From Octopus sinensis (taxonomy: Eukaryota): a stretch of DNA of 64,000 nucleotides. Below are positions 26,425-39,424 of the stretch, one piece after another. Location of the stretch: NCBI RefSeq assembly GCF_006345805.1, contig NC_043007.1, positions 66,898,001-66,962,000 of the forward strand, read 5' to 3'. Each line of letters begins with the position of its first letter. The first letter of the stretch is position 1. The position numbers and the translations under genes were made by a program. The notes below the pieces were generated by a model. The model was not told where the DNA came from, made no database searches, and saw only the letters and a program-made list of their open reading frames with translations.

Positions 26425-26504
26425 AAGTGTCTTCTACTATAGCCTCGGGCCGACCAAAAACTTGTGAATGGATTTGGTAAACGGAAACTGAAAGAAGCTC
26501 GTCG

Positions 26505-26566
<62 letters not shown>

Positions 26567-26709
26567 CAATAATAATATTAGGAGTAAATCCGAACTTACA
26601 GGGAAAAATTAGATTTAGGATTAATTTTTTAATAATTTTATTTCTATGTATTGGTTTATGATTTTCACTGTTTGATTTGCCTAATAGTGGTTTTATCTCT
26701 AATTTAATA

Positions 26710-26713
26710 TATA

Positions 26714-26749
<36 letters not shown>

Positions 26750-27190
26750 TGTATGTATGTATGTATGTATGTATGTATGTATGTATGTATGTATGTATGT
26801 GTGTGTCGATTTCTTCGACTAAACGGTGGTACACTAGCATGGCCAAGGTCAAAGGACTGAAACAAGTAAAAGAATAAAAGAATATATATATATATAAAGT
26901 AAAGATTATTTACCAGCCTAGTGTGACAGTCCCGGTTGGAACAAATGCTGCTGTTGCTTAGTTCCAGGAGACATCATCTCCAGCTGTCTATACGACACAC
27001 ATATTTTCAAACTGGGGAGTTTAGCACCCCACCCAGCACAGAGCAATATCTGTGGACCGCACGGTTTCGGTGTTATTCTCTTCGTCGGCACAGAATAACT
27101 GTTCGAAAATATAAGAACACAGATTGTGTGTCGTATAGCCAGCTAGAGACGATGTCTCCTGGGGCTCAGCAACAGTAGCATTCTTCCCAA

Positions 27191-27253
<63 letters not shown>

Positions 27254-27645
27254 TGTGTGTGTCGATTTCTTCGACTAAACGGTGGTACACTAGCATGGCC
27301 AAGGTCAAAGGACTGAAACAAGTAAAAGAATAAAAGAATATATATATATATAAAGTAAAGATTATTTACCAGCTAGTGTGACAGTCCCGGTTGGAACAAA
27401 TGCTGCTGTTGCTTATTTCCAGGAGACATCATCTCCAGCTGTCTATACGACACACATATTTTCAAACTGGGGAGTTTAGCACCCCACCCAGCACAGAGCA
27501 ATATCTGTGGACCGCACGGTTTCGGTGTTATTCTCTTCGTCGGCACAGAATAACTGTTCGAAAATATAAGAACACAGATTGTGTGTCGTATAGCCAGCTA
27601 GAGACGATGTCTCCTGGGGCTCAGCAACAGTAGCATTCTTCCCAA

Positions 27646-27660
<15 letters not shown>
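26710..27660 (+). repeat. Tandem duplication, period 455 bp, each unit an S1 SINE 3' end plus a MITE
   Basis: 26936-27190 and 27391-27645 are nearly identical. The breakpoints fall in (TA)/(TATG) tracts. Confidence 0.92.
26936..27190. mobile_element. MITE with ~66 bp imperfect TIRs (second copy 27391-27645)
   Basis: ttggaacaaatgctgctgttgcttagttccaggagacatc...ctatacgacacaca pairs with tgtgtgtcgtatag...gatgtctcctggggctcagcaacagtagcattcttcccaa. Confidence 0.8.
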
Positions 27661-27681
<21 letters not shown>

Positions 27682-28413
27682 CCACATACGTTTATTTATA
27701 TACATGCGTGCGCGCGCGTGTGTGCGTTCTTTTCTGGTTTTAATTACTTGAAATCTTCCTGTGAAGAAAGAGCTAGTTTCTAACAAAGATACAAAACTTC
27801 ATCGTTTGAATGTAGATAACAAAAACAAATCAACGTTTGTACTGTTCCGTTTACAGCATTTATTATAAGCGAGTTTGTTAGCAAGTTTCTTTTTCGTAAA
27901 ACCGTAACTTATCCAGAATGACAGGTACGCATTTACTCACCAAAACCAAATACACCAGTTACTCATGTTGTGCAATTATGTAATTATATATGTATGTATA
28001 TCAAAACATCGATGCTATATACTGGCGCTCATAACAGACGACTCTCGTCTGCTACAATTAACGGTGAATACCGCAATATCCGGAGCCGGAGTTCTAATAA
28101 GACATCCACATTAAGTTGGATATATATATATGTGTGTGTGTGTGATGGACTCTGCCATTGAAGTTGATATATGGTTATTCAGTTTTTTGGCCGAACGACT
28201 TGCACAAATGATTTTTTTTATAGTGATCAAGTCTGCGTTGCCTGAACAGGTGCACGAGGTACCACGCGTCAGGTGTCGAAGTGATCGCAGAGAAAGTGAG
28301 AAGAAGTGCTTTGCACAAGAACACAACTCACTACCCAGTTTAGGAATTGAAACCACAATTGCTAGATTGTGGGTGCAACACCTTCACCACAAAGTCATGC
28401 ATCCAAGCACACA

Positions 28414-28451
<38 letters not shown>

Positions 28452-28467
28452 ATAATAATAATGATGA

Positions 28468-28506
<39 letters not shown>

Positions 28507-28741
28507 GGAATATAATTCCAAAACTTACAGGGAAAAATTCAATTTAACAATTTTAAATCAAATTTCACAATATATAATATATGTATATAATTTAGAGAAA
28601 AACCACTTTTAAACTACAAAAAAAAATTATTTAAATCAATAAAGTACAATTTAAAATAAGGTATTTTTATAGTATATGTTTTCTATATGATGTAAATAAC
28701 ATCTTTCTTTATTGAATTGTTTAATAGTGGTTTTTCTCTAA

Positions 28742-28785
<44 letters not shown>

Positions 28786-28842
28786 ATATATATATATATA
28801 TGTATATATATATTCAAATATGAATGAGAAGCCCGAGGGATA

Positions 28843-29187
28843 TAAACAATATCGAACACACATACAAAAGGTATGTGTTTTGCCAGTTCGTGGGTAGGCT
28901 GCGATTATAGGCGTAAGAGAATATATTCTCGTCATTTTGCTTGGTGTTAAAACAGCTGGAAGTCATAGACAAATGAGATCATTTGCGTCAGGTCTCGTTA
29001 CAGGAGTGAACGAAACATTAATGTCTGTCTGTCGCTCTTATAATGTGACCTGCTGTTATCTCGCTTTACTATGACTTTCAGGTGTTTTAACACCAGGCGA
29101 ATTGACGAGAGTATATTCTCTTATGCCTATAGCTGCAGCCTGCCCACGAGCTGAAAAAACATATACCTATGTGTGTTCAATATTGCT

Positions 29188-29189
<2 letters not shown>
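28843..29189. mobile_element. MITE with ~125 bp TIRs inserted in (TA)n
   Basis: 28843-28968 is the reverse complement of 29068-29189 (gtgggtaggctgc...taagagaatat...ggtgttaaaaca...aagtcatag). Confidence 0.85.
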
Positions 29190-29219
<30 letters not shown>

Positions 29220-29289
29220 ATATATATAATATGAGGGAATATCATTCCAAACTTACAGGGAAAAATTCAATTTAGAAATACTAAATCAA

Positions 29290-29330
<41 letters not shown>

Positions 29331-29585
29331 GGAAAACCACCTTTTATCAATTCAAAAGGAAAAATTAATTACATATAATAGAAAGATTAAATATAAGCTA
29401 AAAATATAACGATATATAAAATATATATATATATTCAGTTGCATGAAGAATTGCAGAAGAGGGCGGGAAAAACTAACTGCATCAACTAGTTATAAAAGCA
29501 AGTTGTAATTTTCCCTTCTACTTATTCTTAGTGCAAGTTTTGAAGAGTATAGTTCGATTTTAACAGTTATTTTTTCGAAGCTATA

Positions 29586-30227
29586 ATGGAAGTGACAAAG
29601 GAGCATATTTTGCTTTATGAGTTCAGTAAAGGCCACAACGCAACGGAAAGTGTGAGGAATATTGATGCAGTATATGGGGATCGGACAATAAGCATAAGCC
29701 TGTGTCAATGGTGTTTCCAGAAATTCCGAGCTGAAAACTACAGCCTAGAAAACGAGCCTCGTCCTGGAAGAACTATAGAGCTCGACGTGGATGTCCTGCA
29801 AACACTGGTGGAGCAAAATCCCATCGTAACTGTTGAAGAACTAGCAGTGAAGCTTGAATTTGGTCATTCAACCATTCATCGACACTTGCGTGTCATCGGA
29901 AAAGTAAGTAAATTGAGTCAATGGGTTCCTCACAAACTTTTCGAGTCTAGTCGCGCGCAGAGAGTGAATGTGTGCTCTTCTTTGCTGTCACGTCTCACGA
30001 ATGAAAGTTTTTTCGACCGAATAGTGACTGGTGACAAGAAATGGATTCTCTTTAAAAATGTCAAGCGCCAAAGACAATGAGTAGGGAAAGGAGAAACACC
30101 GGCACCCAAAGCTTAAGGAAATCTTCACCCACGTTAGGTGCTGTTATATGTTTGGTGGGACATGAAAGGTTTAGTCCACTTTGAACTTTTAAACCCAAAC
30201 CAAACGATAACAAAAGAGATCTACTGC
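29586..30227 (+). pseudogene. Mariner transposase pseudogene, N-terminal HTH to the start of the catalytic domain
   Basis: MEVTKEHILLYEFSKGHNATES...WVPHKL...FDRIVTGDKKWILFKNVKRQRQ* then VWWDMKGLVHFELLNPNQTITKEIYC. WVPHxL and TGDEKW-like motifs; has stops and is truncated before YSPDL. Confidence 0.92.
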
Positions 30228-30351
30228 GACGGACATTGGCAGCCGAAGCGGCCATAAGAAATGCTATTGTTATGTTTTGCATAAAAATCAATTAACCGAT
30301 AATGGTCAATTTGTTTGTTCATCAAAAGTTTTCTCCATTTTCTGCTTATTT

Positions 30352-30388
<37 letters not shown>

Positions 30389-30447
30389 GTGTGTGTGTGT
30401 GTATGTGTGTGTGGTGTGTGTGTGTGTGGGTGTATGTGTGTGTGTGT

Positions 30448-30503
<56 letters not shown>

Positions 30504-30784
30504 AATATATATATATATCAAATATATATATTTGTAATATATTTAAAAAATTTTAGGATAAAAATTTTTTTCGAAAAAAAAAATTTTATCAATGGCCAGC
30601 ATATTAAAAAATACCTTTAAAGGTTAAAATTATAAACAACTTATAAATAAGGGCAAACGAAAAAATTCCTAATGCCAAATATGCCGAAATTGAACATATT
30701 GTCCATAACCACATAATCTTTCACAATACGCATGCTACTCGAAAAAAAATTGACGGAAATTTCTAAAAAATTCCATTATTACCA

Positions 30785-30837
30785 TATCGGACCGATTTCA
30801 GGGTTAGTTCGTAAGAACCCTCCCTTCGTCAGTGATA
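30785..30837 (-). ncRNA. Type I hammerhead ribozyme, slightly decayed
   Basis: UAUCA-CUGACGA-AGGG...CCCU-GAAA-UCGG-UC-CGAUA. Two CpG transitions away from UAUCG...GAAACCGGUC-CGAUA, the canonical minimal form. Confidence 0.65.
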
Positions 30838-31009
30838 AACGTGGTAAAGAAATAAATGAGATACTTACTCATACCCAAGGAAGAAGCAAAACACTAAGTC
30901 ATGGGCACAATTAAGTACCCCAAATACATCCATAATAGAAATACTCCAGCCCATTCAAGACACGTACGATTGGAACTGAGGTTCTCGTAGAGTGAGAGAG
31001 TCCGGAACA

Positions 31010-31048
<39 letters not shown>

Positions 31049-31224
31049 TGTTACATATATATATATATATATATAAAGATAAGATCGTTAATTTAAAATG
31101 AAATAACGAACTTATCAAGTGGTCAGCATAGAAAAGATAACCTTCAAAGGTAATAATTATTAAAATTATAAATTAGGGTATCTACGAGATACCACCATGC
31201 TGAAAATAGCAGCCATGAACCGAC

Positions 31225-31255
<31 letters not shown>

Positions 31256-31799
31256 ATATATATATATATGTATAATATTTCCTAATATAATAATGAGCGT
31301 GGTGTTTTTATATATTTGTATATGTACAAAATCAAGCAGGAAAGTGCATGAGAAAGAGTAGTATAAGTGAATGGAGAGGAGAGAAAATAGTAACTCAGTG
31401 AAGGAAAAGTAGTGAGAGTAATAGCCCTGACTGAGAGGGAGTGAGAGAAAGGAAGTAGCAAACAGCGCGTCGTGTATCTTCTGTTTTTCCCCGCCACTGC
31501 ATATAAAAGAGAAAGGAAGCATCCATTTTTCTGGATGTTATAAGACAACAAAGTCCTCCGGGCGGCCTTTCTGCAGGGATTTTACATACATATTTAAAAG
31601 TGGAGGCAATAACAATAACATTTAGACATATGTAATATATATATTACATATGTGTGTGTGAACTCAGAACATTTGTTCTGGAGTTCTCTGTCTAAATCCT
31701 ATTGTTATTGCCTTCACTTTTAAATATGTATGTAAAGTACTCATACCTCTCGCTCTTTCTCTCTCTCCCTCTTTCTCTCCCTTCCTCTGTCTCTCTCTC

Positions 31800-32945
31800 C
31801 CTCTATACTGTTTAATGATGTTGCCTAATGAACTCAATACAACACTCAAATGCTGCCTGGCCTTAGCTTGTGCTTCTTCCTCCATCCTTCCGTTTAACAT
31901 AAATCTTGTCAGTGTCACTGTTAATGTGGAAGTTATCAGCGGTTGCTAGTCTCTTGCTAATCCTGCTGTCAAAGCTGCGAATTTCTTCAAGTGTTCAGTC
32001 TAGTCATCTCAGATGTTGATACTCTAACTGGTAAAGAGTGAGATATTATTTTGTGGTGATATATTATTTTATTGAATACAGGCAGCTTTGACTTACCATA
32101 ATTTACAAACTCTTATGAGTATTCTTTTATTATTCTAGCTATACTCACAACACCAACATATTTAATATTGGCTTCAAATTTTGGCACAAGGCCAGCAATC
32201 TTGGGTGATGGAGTAAGTTGATTACATCAATCCCAGTGATCAACTGGTACTTATTTTATCGACCCCGAAAGGATGAAAGACAAAGTCGACCGCGGCGGAA
32301 TTTGAACTCAGAACGTAAAGACCGGACGAAATACCAACATATTTAATATTCTCATCGATTCTGAGGTATCATTATTAGTAATAGGAAGAGATAGACACAT
32401 GCCATATGTATGCATATTCTCTGACTACCAAATATGAATAATTACCTCGGCCAAAATCCATTCCTATATCCTATATATATATATATTGTGATCATCAGTA
32501 ACTATCCCTCAGCATCGTGGATATTACTCACAGGCAATTGAAGGACATCAACAAAAAAGCTGAGGTTGATATCCATTTTTCTCTCCTCGCCAGATGCCAT
32601 GGTGTAGCTTTTGCATTTCCTTAATAGGACTGACAAGGGGTTCACTGTCAGAACGAAAAACATTACAGATTAGCTGTTAAACCAAGAATATTGCTGTTGA
32701 TAGTCCAATTCAGTCAGTGATTATAACAGAAGCTCTAGTTCTTATCAACAGCTCGGTGAACTATATTGTCAATCTCTTAATGTCACTGGCTATAATAATT
32801 GGAACCTTAGTAAGACATAGTGATTCATTTATCCATGAGTGAGAGACAGAATCAAACGCTTTTTTATATTATAGCCATACAATCAGTGCCGTTTCTTTAA
32901 GGACAGCTTTTGATGAATTTTTTGGAACGGCCCTAGACTTCTTTC
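31800..32945 (-). pseudogene. Degenerate RT of an R4/NeSL-type (restriction-like endonuclease) non-LTR element, interrupted by a SINE
   Basis: W.*YKKAFDSVSHSWI, FFVLTVNPLSVLLRKCKSY, INLSFFVDVLQL (YxDD region) and HINSDTDKIYVKRKDGGR (conserved RLYxxRxxGGRGL motif). Confidence 0.75.
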
Positions 32946-33705
32946 TTTCCTCCTGTCTGCTCATCCGTCGCAGCATTGTGAGTTTCGCTATAATCCTGGA
33001 GGAATGTATAGAAGTCCATTGTGTACAGATTGTAAATAACATTCAAACATGCTATAGGTCTACTCATTCTGTCTATCTATCTGTCTCTGTATGCATGCAT
33101 GTATGTATGTATGTATGTATGTATGTATGTATGTATGTATGTATGTATGTATGTATGTATGTATGTATGTACGTACGTACGTACGTATGTATGTATGTAT
33201 GATTTTTCTTCGAATTTAATTTAAATTCTTCTTGAGATAGTTCAAGCCTGTTGCTAACAAAGCAACAACAGTTTTTGAGTTCAAAGAGTTCCCGGTGTTT
33301 GTAAATATATGGCTGAGCTTGCATGCTGGTTAAACTGTTGATCTATATACCCAAGCGTGTGCATCTATTCACATAAGAATCTTACACGAAAAATTTTTGG
33401 TATGTCTCAAAAACCATCACTGTGCTACTAATAGATTGGATTTGGAGAATCCGCGGCATACAAATACACAAACGTAAACGTTCATTTACATAAATGAAAC
33501 AACGGCACTCAGTACACACGTGAACAGCATCACCTCCCACCAGATCACACGCGACAATCGTAGACATACATCCACACAACCCGACCCCACTTCTTGTACC
33601 TCTCCAAATTCATTTAGCTGTCTACTCACGAGTTGTTTAGTATCCATAACATCACTGGGCCGAATTGAAAGGTTAAAGCACGTACCTTGACTTATTTTCA
33701 GCGCG

Positions 33706-33740
<35 letters not shown>

Positions 33741-34608
33741 GAATATAGTGGGATCATATCTATTATTCGGTTACAATAGTTTCCATAACTGATGGGTTAG
33801 ATAAATAATTTAAAATGCTATAATCAATATAAACAATGATTATGTAATTGCAAGCGATATTAAATTAAACCCGACTCTATCATTATAGCATGACCTTGAA
33901 AACGATGCAGTACGCTTGCATAAGGGCGAATGCCCCAATAAATACAATAATTGGGAGTGGCTCAAAATGTCGTAGGGAAAAATTAATCATTTCGACAAGC
34001 CTATAGAAAGGCACAGAGTAAATTGTTCAAAAGGACATGCAATATTGTATCCTACTAGATAAATCGATTGTGACGTCAGGCATACCAACTTAGGCGAGAC
34101 GACGTATATATAATGTAGACAGCTGTCCGAGTAAAGAGGACGGTATTTAAATTAGACCAGTAGAAAAAAGCAACGGCATCCACAAAAGGGTTAAGTGGGA
34201 TGGGTATTCAAAAGAAGAGGTCCATGAATAATAGAAAAATAGGATACAAATAAAGAAGTACAATTAAGGGAGCTGATTAACTTAGCAATAAATAGAACAG
34301 AACAAGTCAAATCAAAGTCAAAATATCATAACACAATAATATAATATGATATAAAATAGTATTTTAAAAAGTGATTAAATATTAATAAAAAATATTACTA
34401 CATTAAGCAGAACCAGTAAATAGCTAGATAGCTCGGAAGGAGATAACAAACGAATAATTGACGAATACGAGTTCTAGAGAATAGATAATAATACTTTATC
34501 TCTAGCGAGTAGTTAATAAAGGATAAAATTGTTATAGGAAAATAAGCGTAGCAAGAAGTCAGGGGAGAGTGATAGTAGCAAGGAGAAATGAAGTGCAACC
34601 AAATATAT

Positions 34609-34690
<82 letters not shown>

Positions 34691-34792
34691 ATATATATAA
34701 GTTCAGCAAAATTTAGATTCAATGAATATGGTACTTAAGTTAGATGCACCAAAATTTTGTATGGTGTTATCCATATAAATCCATGGGGTGAT

Positions 34793-35543
34793 TATAATCA
34801 AAATAAGCAACAAAAATGTATTCGGTAATTTGGTACGATCGTTTCACGCTACATCATTTTATTAATGTTTAATAAAATGATGTAGCGTGAAACGCTACAA
34901 GAATGTATTCGGTAATTTGGTACGATCGTTTCACGCTACATCATTTTATTAATGTTTAATAAAATGATGTAGCGTGAAACGCTACAAGAATGTATTCGGT
35001 AATTTGGTACGATCGTTTCACGCACATCATTTTATTAATGTTTAATAAAATGATGTAGCGTGAAACGCTACAAAATGTATTCGGTAATTTGGTACGATCG
35101 TTTCACGCTACATCATTTTATTAATGTTTAATAAAATGATGTAGCGTGAAACGCTACAAAAATGTATTCGGTAATTTGGTAGATCGTTTCACGCTACATC
35201 ATTTTATTAATGTTTAATAAAATGATGTAGCGTGAAACGCTACAAAAATGTATGCGGTAATTTGGTAGATCGTTTCACGCTAATCATTTTATTAATGTTT
35301 AATAAAATGATGTAGCGTGAAACGCTACAAAAATGTATTCGGTAATTTGGTACGATCGTTTCACGCTACATCATTTTATTAATGTTTAATAAAATGATGT
35401 AGCGTGAAACGCTACAAGAATGTATTCGGTAATTTGGTACGATCGTTTCACGCTACATCATTTTATTAATGTTTAATAAAATGATGTAGCGTGAAACGAT
35501 CGTACCAAATTACCAAAGACATTCTTGTTGCTTATTTTGATTA
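34793..35543. repeat. Palindromic element with its core amplified into 8 tandem ~87 bp hairpin units
   Basis: Units start at 34817, 34904, 34991, 35076, 35163, 35249, 35335 and 35421. Each has a 24 bp stem gtttcacgctacatcattttatta with loop atgtt. The outer ends (taatcaaaataagcaac / gttgcttattttgatta) are inverted. Confidence 0.95.
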
Positions 35544-35814
35544 TATATATATGTATGTATGTATAAGTAGGAATGGTGCACTCAAGAGCGCAACAAAACC
35601 TCTCTAAAACACTGCTACCCTCCCCAAATCATACTGAACAACAGGCTCATATACCTTGTCGTTATGAAAGACAAATACAAGTGTATGCATCCAGGAAATT
35701 CTGATCTAGTTGATGGTTACTACATCTATATCCAGAGACCTGAGGTTCTTGATCAACTAATTTTGCTTTCAAGCTAGCCCCAGGCCACGTGAATTATATA
35801 GCCTATTCTTAGTA

Positions 35815-35920
35815 CGGCCATTTTCACTGGACAAAACGGAGAAAGATTACTTAACTTCGTCATGCAAAAGATGAATAATCTTGACTTTTAAGCAAGAACG
35901 GATTTTTTGAAAGTTTCCAA
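35815..35920 (+). pseudogene. Possible AP-endonuclease fragment of an RTE/CR1-type LINE
   Basis: FTGQNGERLLNFVMQKMNNL resembles the NxNGERLLxF...NNL motif. Short and decayed. Confidence 0.35.
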
Positions 35921-36694
35921 AAGGCTTTTGTGCCCTACCCCCAAAAATTCGCACATTATCAAGGAATTTTCTATTTAAATCACAGTAGGCTTCTGTATAT
36001 TTTCAAAAGAAATTTTAAAGCTGCTGTTTGGGGAATGAGCTTCCCAAAGTCCACTCTCCTTTGTATTTCTTGTGCGTTTCCTTCTAACATTCATCAAACC
36101 CCTGCTGTTTATATTTGCGACAATAAAATTAAAGGTAGCATCCTTTATATATATATATATATTATAAAATTTTCTTTTACACGTTGCTCTTACTACTGAA
36201 AAGACTGCCTCCCACGCGCTGCTACAGTATCCTTCGTCCTTGCCAGAAAAAAGGTTTTCGTTCGTGCTCTTGTGTGTTTGATTTCCTGTATCGTATTCTC
36301 TTTTTATTTTCTCGTTTTGTATTTATTTGTATTTTTTGTACATGTATTTTTATTTTTGCAGTTTTATTGTTACGTCCTGTTCGTGTTCGTACTCATTTTG
36401 CCCCGCTGCTTGGAATTTTATTTTAATTCTCTCGCAGGAAGGCCTAGTGGATTAGTGTTGTGTCTCTGCCTTCGAAACATGCTTGACTCTACTAGCGACA
36501 GCTGATGGCGGGGTTTTTTCCTTGTGTAGCACGTCCTGTAACTGTTTTTTTTCGTTTTCTTGTTTTTTGGGCTTTTTTTTTTTATTTTCCCGTTTCTACG
36601 TCTTATTGTGGTGTCCTGTACTCACGTATAATTATTTATATATGCATGTATATATACATGTAGATGTAGGTACGTACATATATGTTTGTATGTA

Positions 36695-36741
<47 letters not shown>

Positions 36742-37653
36742 CAGAGAAAGAGAGAGAGAGAGAAGTCAAGTTGAAAAGAGCTTTCTTGAATGTGTGACTG
36801 CTGGTGCTGTTATTGTTATTGTTTTTGTGGCTTCTTTGGTGCTTTTGCTGATTGTGCGTTTTCTTATTGTTTGTGAGTTTGGTGGTGGCCATCACCGCCA
36901 TGATGGTGTCGCGGTAGTGTAGATGCCACTACTTGGTACTTGGACCTTCTTCCCATCTACATACCCTTTGACTGTTCAATCGTGACAAGGATACTTTCTA
37001 ATTTTTCCTGTTTTGTTTGGATCAGGAGCTTCACATTTAATCCAAATCACTTTTTTCAAGGGATAATCTGAGTAAATACAAGACTCCTGTTTCATTCTTC
37101 TCACTACTCAAAACAATTACCACCAATCACCATATACTTATTCCTGGAGGCACATCTTCTAGCTTCAACTTCACCTCTCTCTGACCTATATGTGATATTA
37201 TGATGAGGAAATCCTCAATCTTAACTATGAAGAATCTCAATCTTAACTATTGAGGAAATCCTCAAACTTAACTATGGAAATAGTGGTTCCTCCTTTGTGC
37301 TCAGAAACAAATCTGGCCTCCATTGTCCCAAGGACTTCTCCACCTGGACGTGCATCAGTCCTTCTATTCATCGACTCGTGCACCTGTTTATCATCATGCA
37401 TCTCATCTCTTAACATCCTCCTTATATAATTCACGTGGCCTGGGTACGGAGACTTTCTTGCCTTTCTTCTCAATAAGTTCTCTGACTTTCTCAACAATTC
37501 TTTGTTATTTCTTCTTGCACTGCTCCTGTGAAAGAGCCAGTTGGTGCGGTTTTACTTTACTGATGCCACTGTATTTGTCAATGGCATCAGTTATTGTTAC
37601 CACTGCTGTAGTTGATGGTGCCAGCAGTTGCAGTAGAAGTGATAGTAACAATT

Positions 37654-38073
37654 TTTAATTCTTTATTGCCCACAAAGGGCTAAGCATAGAGGGGACAAAC
37701 AAAGACAGACAAATGGATTAAGTCGATTACATCGACCCCAGTGCGTAACTGGTACTTATTTAATCGACCCCGAAAGGATGAAAGGCAAAGTTAGCCTCGG
37801 CGGAATTTGAACTCAGAACGTAGCGGCAGACGGAATACCTATTTCTTTATTACCCACAAGGGGCTAAACATAGAGAGGACAAACAAGAACAGACAAACGG
37901 ATTAAGTCGATTATATCGACCCCAGTGCGTAACTGGTACTCAATTTATCGACCCCGAAAGGATGAAAGGCAAAGTCGACCTCGGGGGAATTTGAACTCAG
38001 AACGTAGCGGCAGACGAAATACCGCTAACCATTTCGCCCGACGTGCAAACGATTCTGCCAGCTCGCCGCCTTA
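37654..38073 (-). mobile_element. Head-to-tail dimeric S2-related SINE
   Basis: Two ~190 bp units. The downstream unit lacks the A-box part of the head. Same junction as 56660-57078. Confidence 0.85.
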
Positions 38074-39009
38074 AGTGATAGTAATAATGATGATGGTGTG
38101 ATAAGGTGATGTAGCAGGTGGCCATTTTGTTCATCAAGTGGTAGCGTTTTTGTTGATAGTGTCACTAAGTATGTTGCTTACTACTGCCTGTCACAGCAGC
38201 GGTAGTGGTTGTAGAGGTGATGGTTGCATGGTGACTGGGAGAGAAATCATCATTAATGAAAATAGAGGGGAGGGGGCAAAGTAGACTGTTTTCTTTTGTT
38301 CTATATTTCTTTATATACACATGCAATATAATGAGTATATAGGAATAAATTATCCAGGCGAGCACCATAAAAGATCTCTGGTATAGTCTAAGGTTCCTGC
38401 TAACCACATCAAGTAGTAAGGGGCTGCAAGGATTACTTAGGGTGAGCAATCTCATTGTAATTGTTCCAGTGGGTGTATCTGGGTTTGCTTCACTGAATAT
38501 TGCAGATTGCATGTGCAACTGCACATTCTTTATGCAGCAGAAACACGTGTCAGTCATTCTAGCTAACTATGCTGTGTAATTAACTGCTAAAATTAAAAGG
38601 AAAATTCAAAGATGTAACCAGTCTCCATATTCTTTGTGAATATTATATATATATGAAGGCACATGGCTCAGTGGTTAGAGCGTCGAGCTTACGATTGTGA
38701 GGTTGTGATTTCGAATCCCGGACCAGGCTGCATGTTGTTTTCTTGGCCAAGACACTTTATTTCACGCTGCTCCAGTTCACTCAGCTGTAGAAATGAGTTG
38801 CAACGTCACAGGTGCCAAGCTGTATCGGCCTTTGCCTTTCCCTTGGATAACACAGGTGGCGTGGAGAGGGGAGGCCGGTATGCATGTGCGACTACTGGTC
38901 TTCCATAAACCCTATGTGGTTAACCATGTTAAGATGGCTTCTATACTAAGATGGCTTCTAAGGGACAAAAAGCAAAGCCAACCTCAGTGGGATTTGAACT
39001 CAGAACATA

Positions 39010-39424
39010 AGGTGTATGAGTGGCTGTGTGGTAAGTATAGGTGTAGGAGTGGCTGTGTGGTAAGTAGCTTGCTTATGAACCACATGGTTCCGGGTTCAGT
39101 CCCACTGCGTGGCACCTTGGGCAAGTGTCTTCTATTATAGCCTCGGGTCGACCAAAGCCTTGTGAGTGGATTTTGTAAACGGAAACTGAAAGAAGCCCGT
39201 CGTATATATATGTGTGTGTGAGTGTTTGTCCCCCCAACATCGCTTGACAACCGATGCTGGTGTGTTTACATCCCTGTAACTTAGCAGCTCAGCAAAAAAA
39301 GAGACCGGTAGACTAAGTACTAGGCTTACAAAGAATAAGTCCCGGTGTCGATTTGCTAGACTAAAGGCAGTGCTCCAGCATGGCCACAGTCAAATGACTG
39401 AAACAAGTAAAAGAATAAAAGAGT
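39010..39424 (+). mobile_element. S1 SINE with a 29 bp duplication of its 5' end
   Basis: aggtgta(t/g)gagtggctgtgtggtaagta occurs at 39010 and 39039. Confidence 0.9.

Noticed and set aside
34817-35510. CRISPR-like array
   Set aside because: Units are identical end to end with no unique spacers, there are no cas genes, and the context is eukaryotic.
36430-36490. Hammerhead in the repeat at 36180-36630
   Set aside because: It has aaggc...gccttcgaaacatg, but the CUGANGA core is not intact. At best a decayed remnant.
37243-37658. ORFs of 84 and 111 aa
   Set aside because: No homology recognised. The most protein-like frame is broken by several stops.
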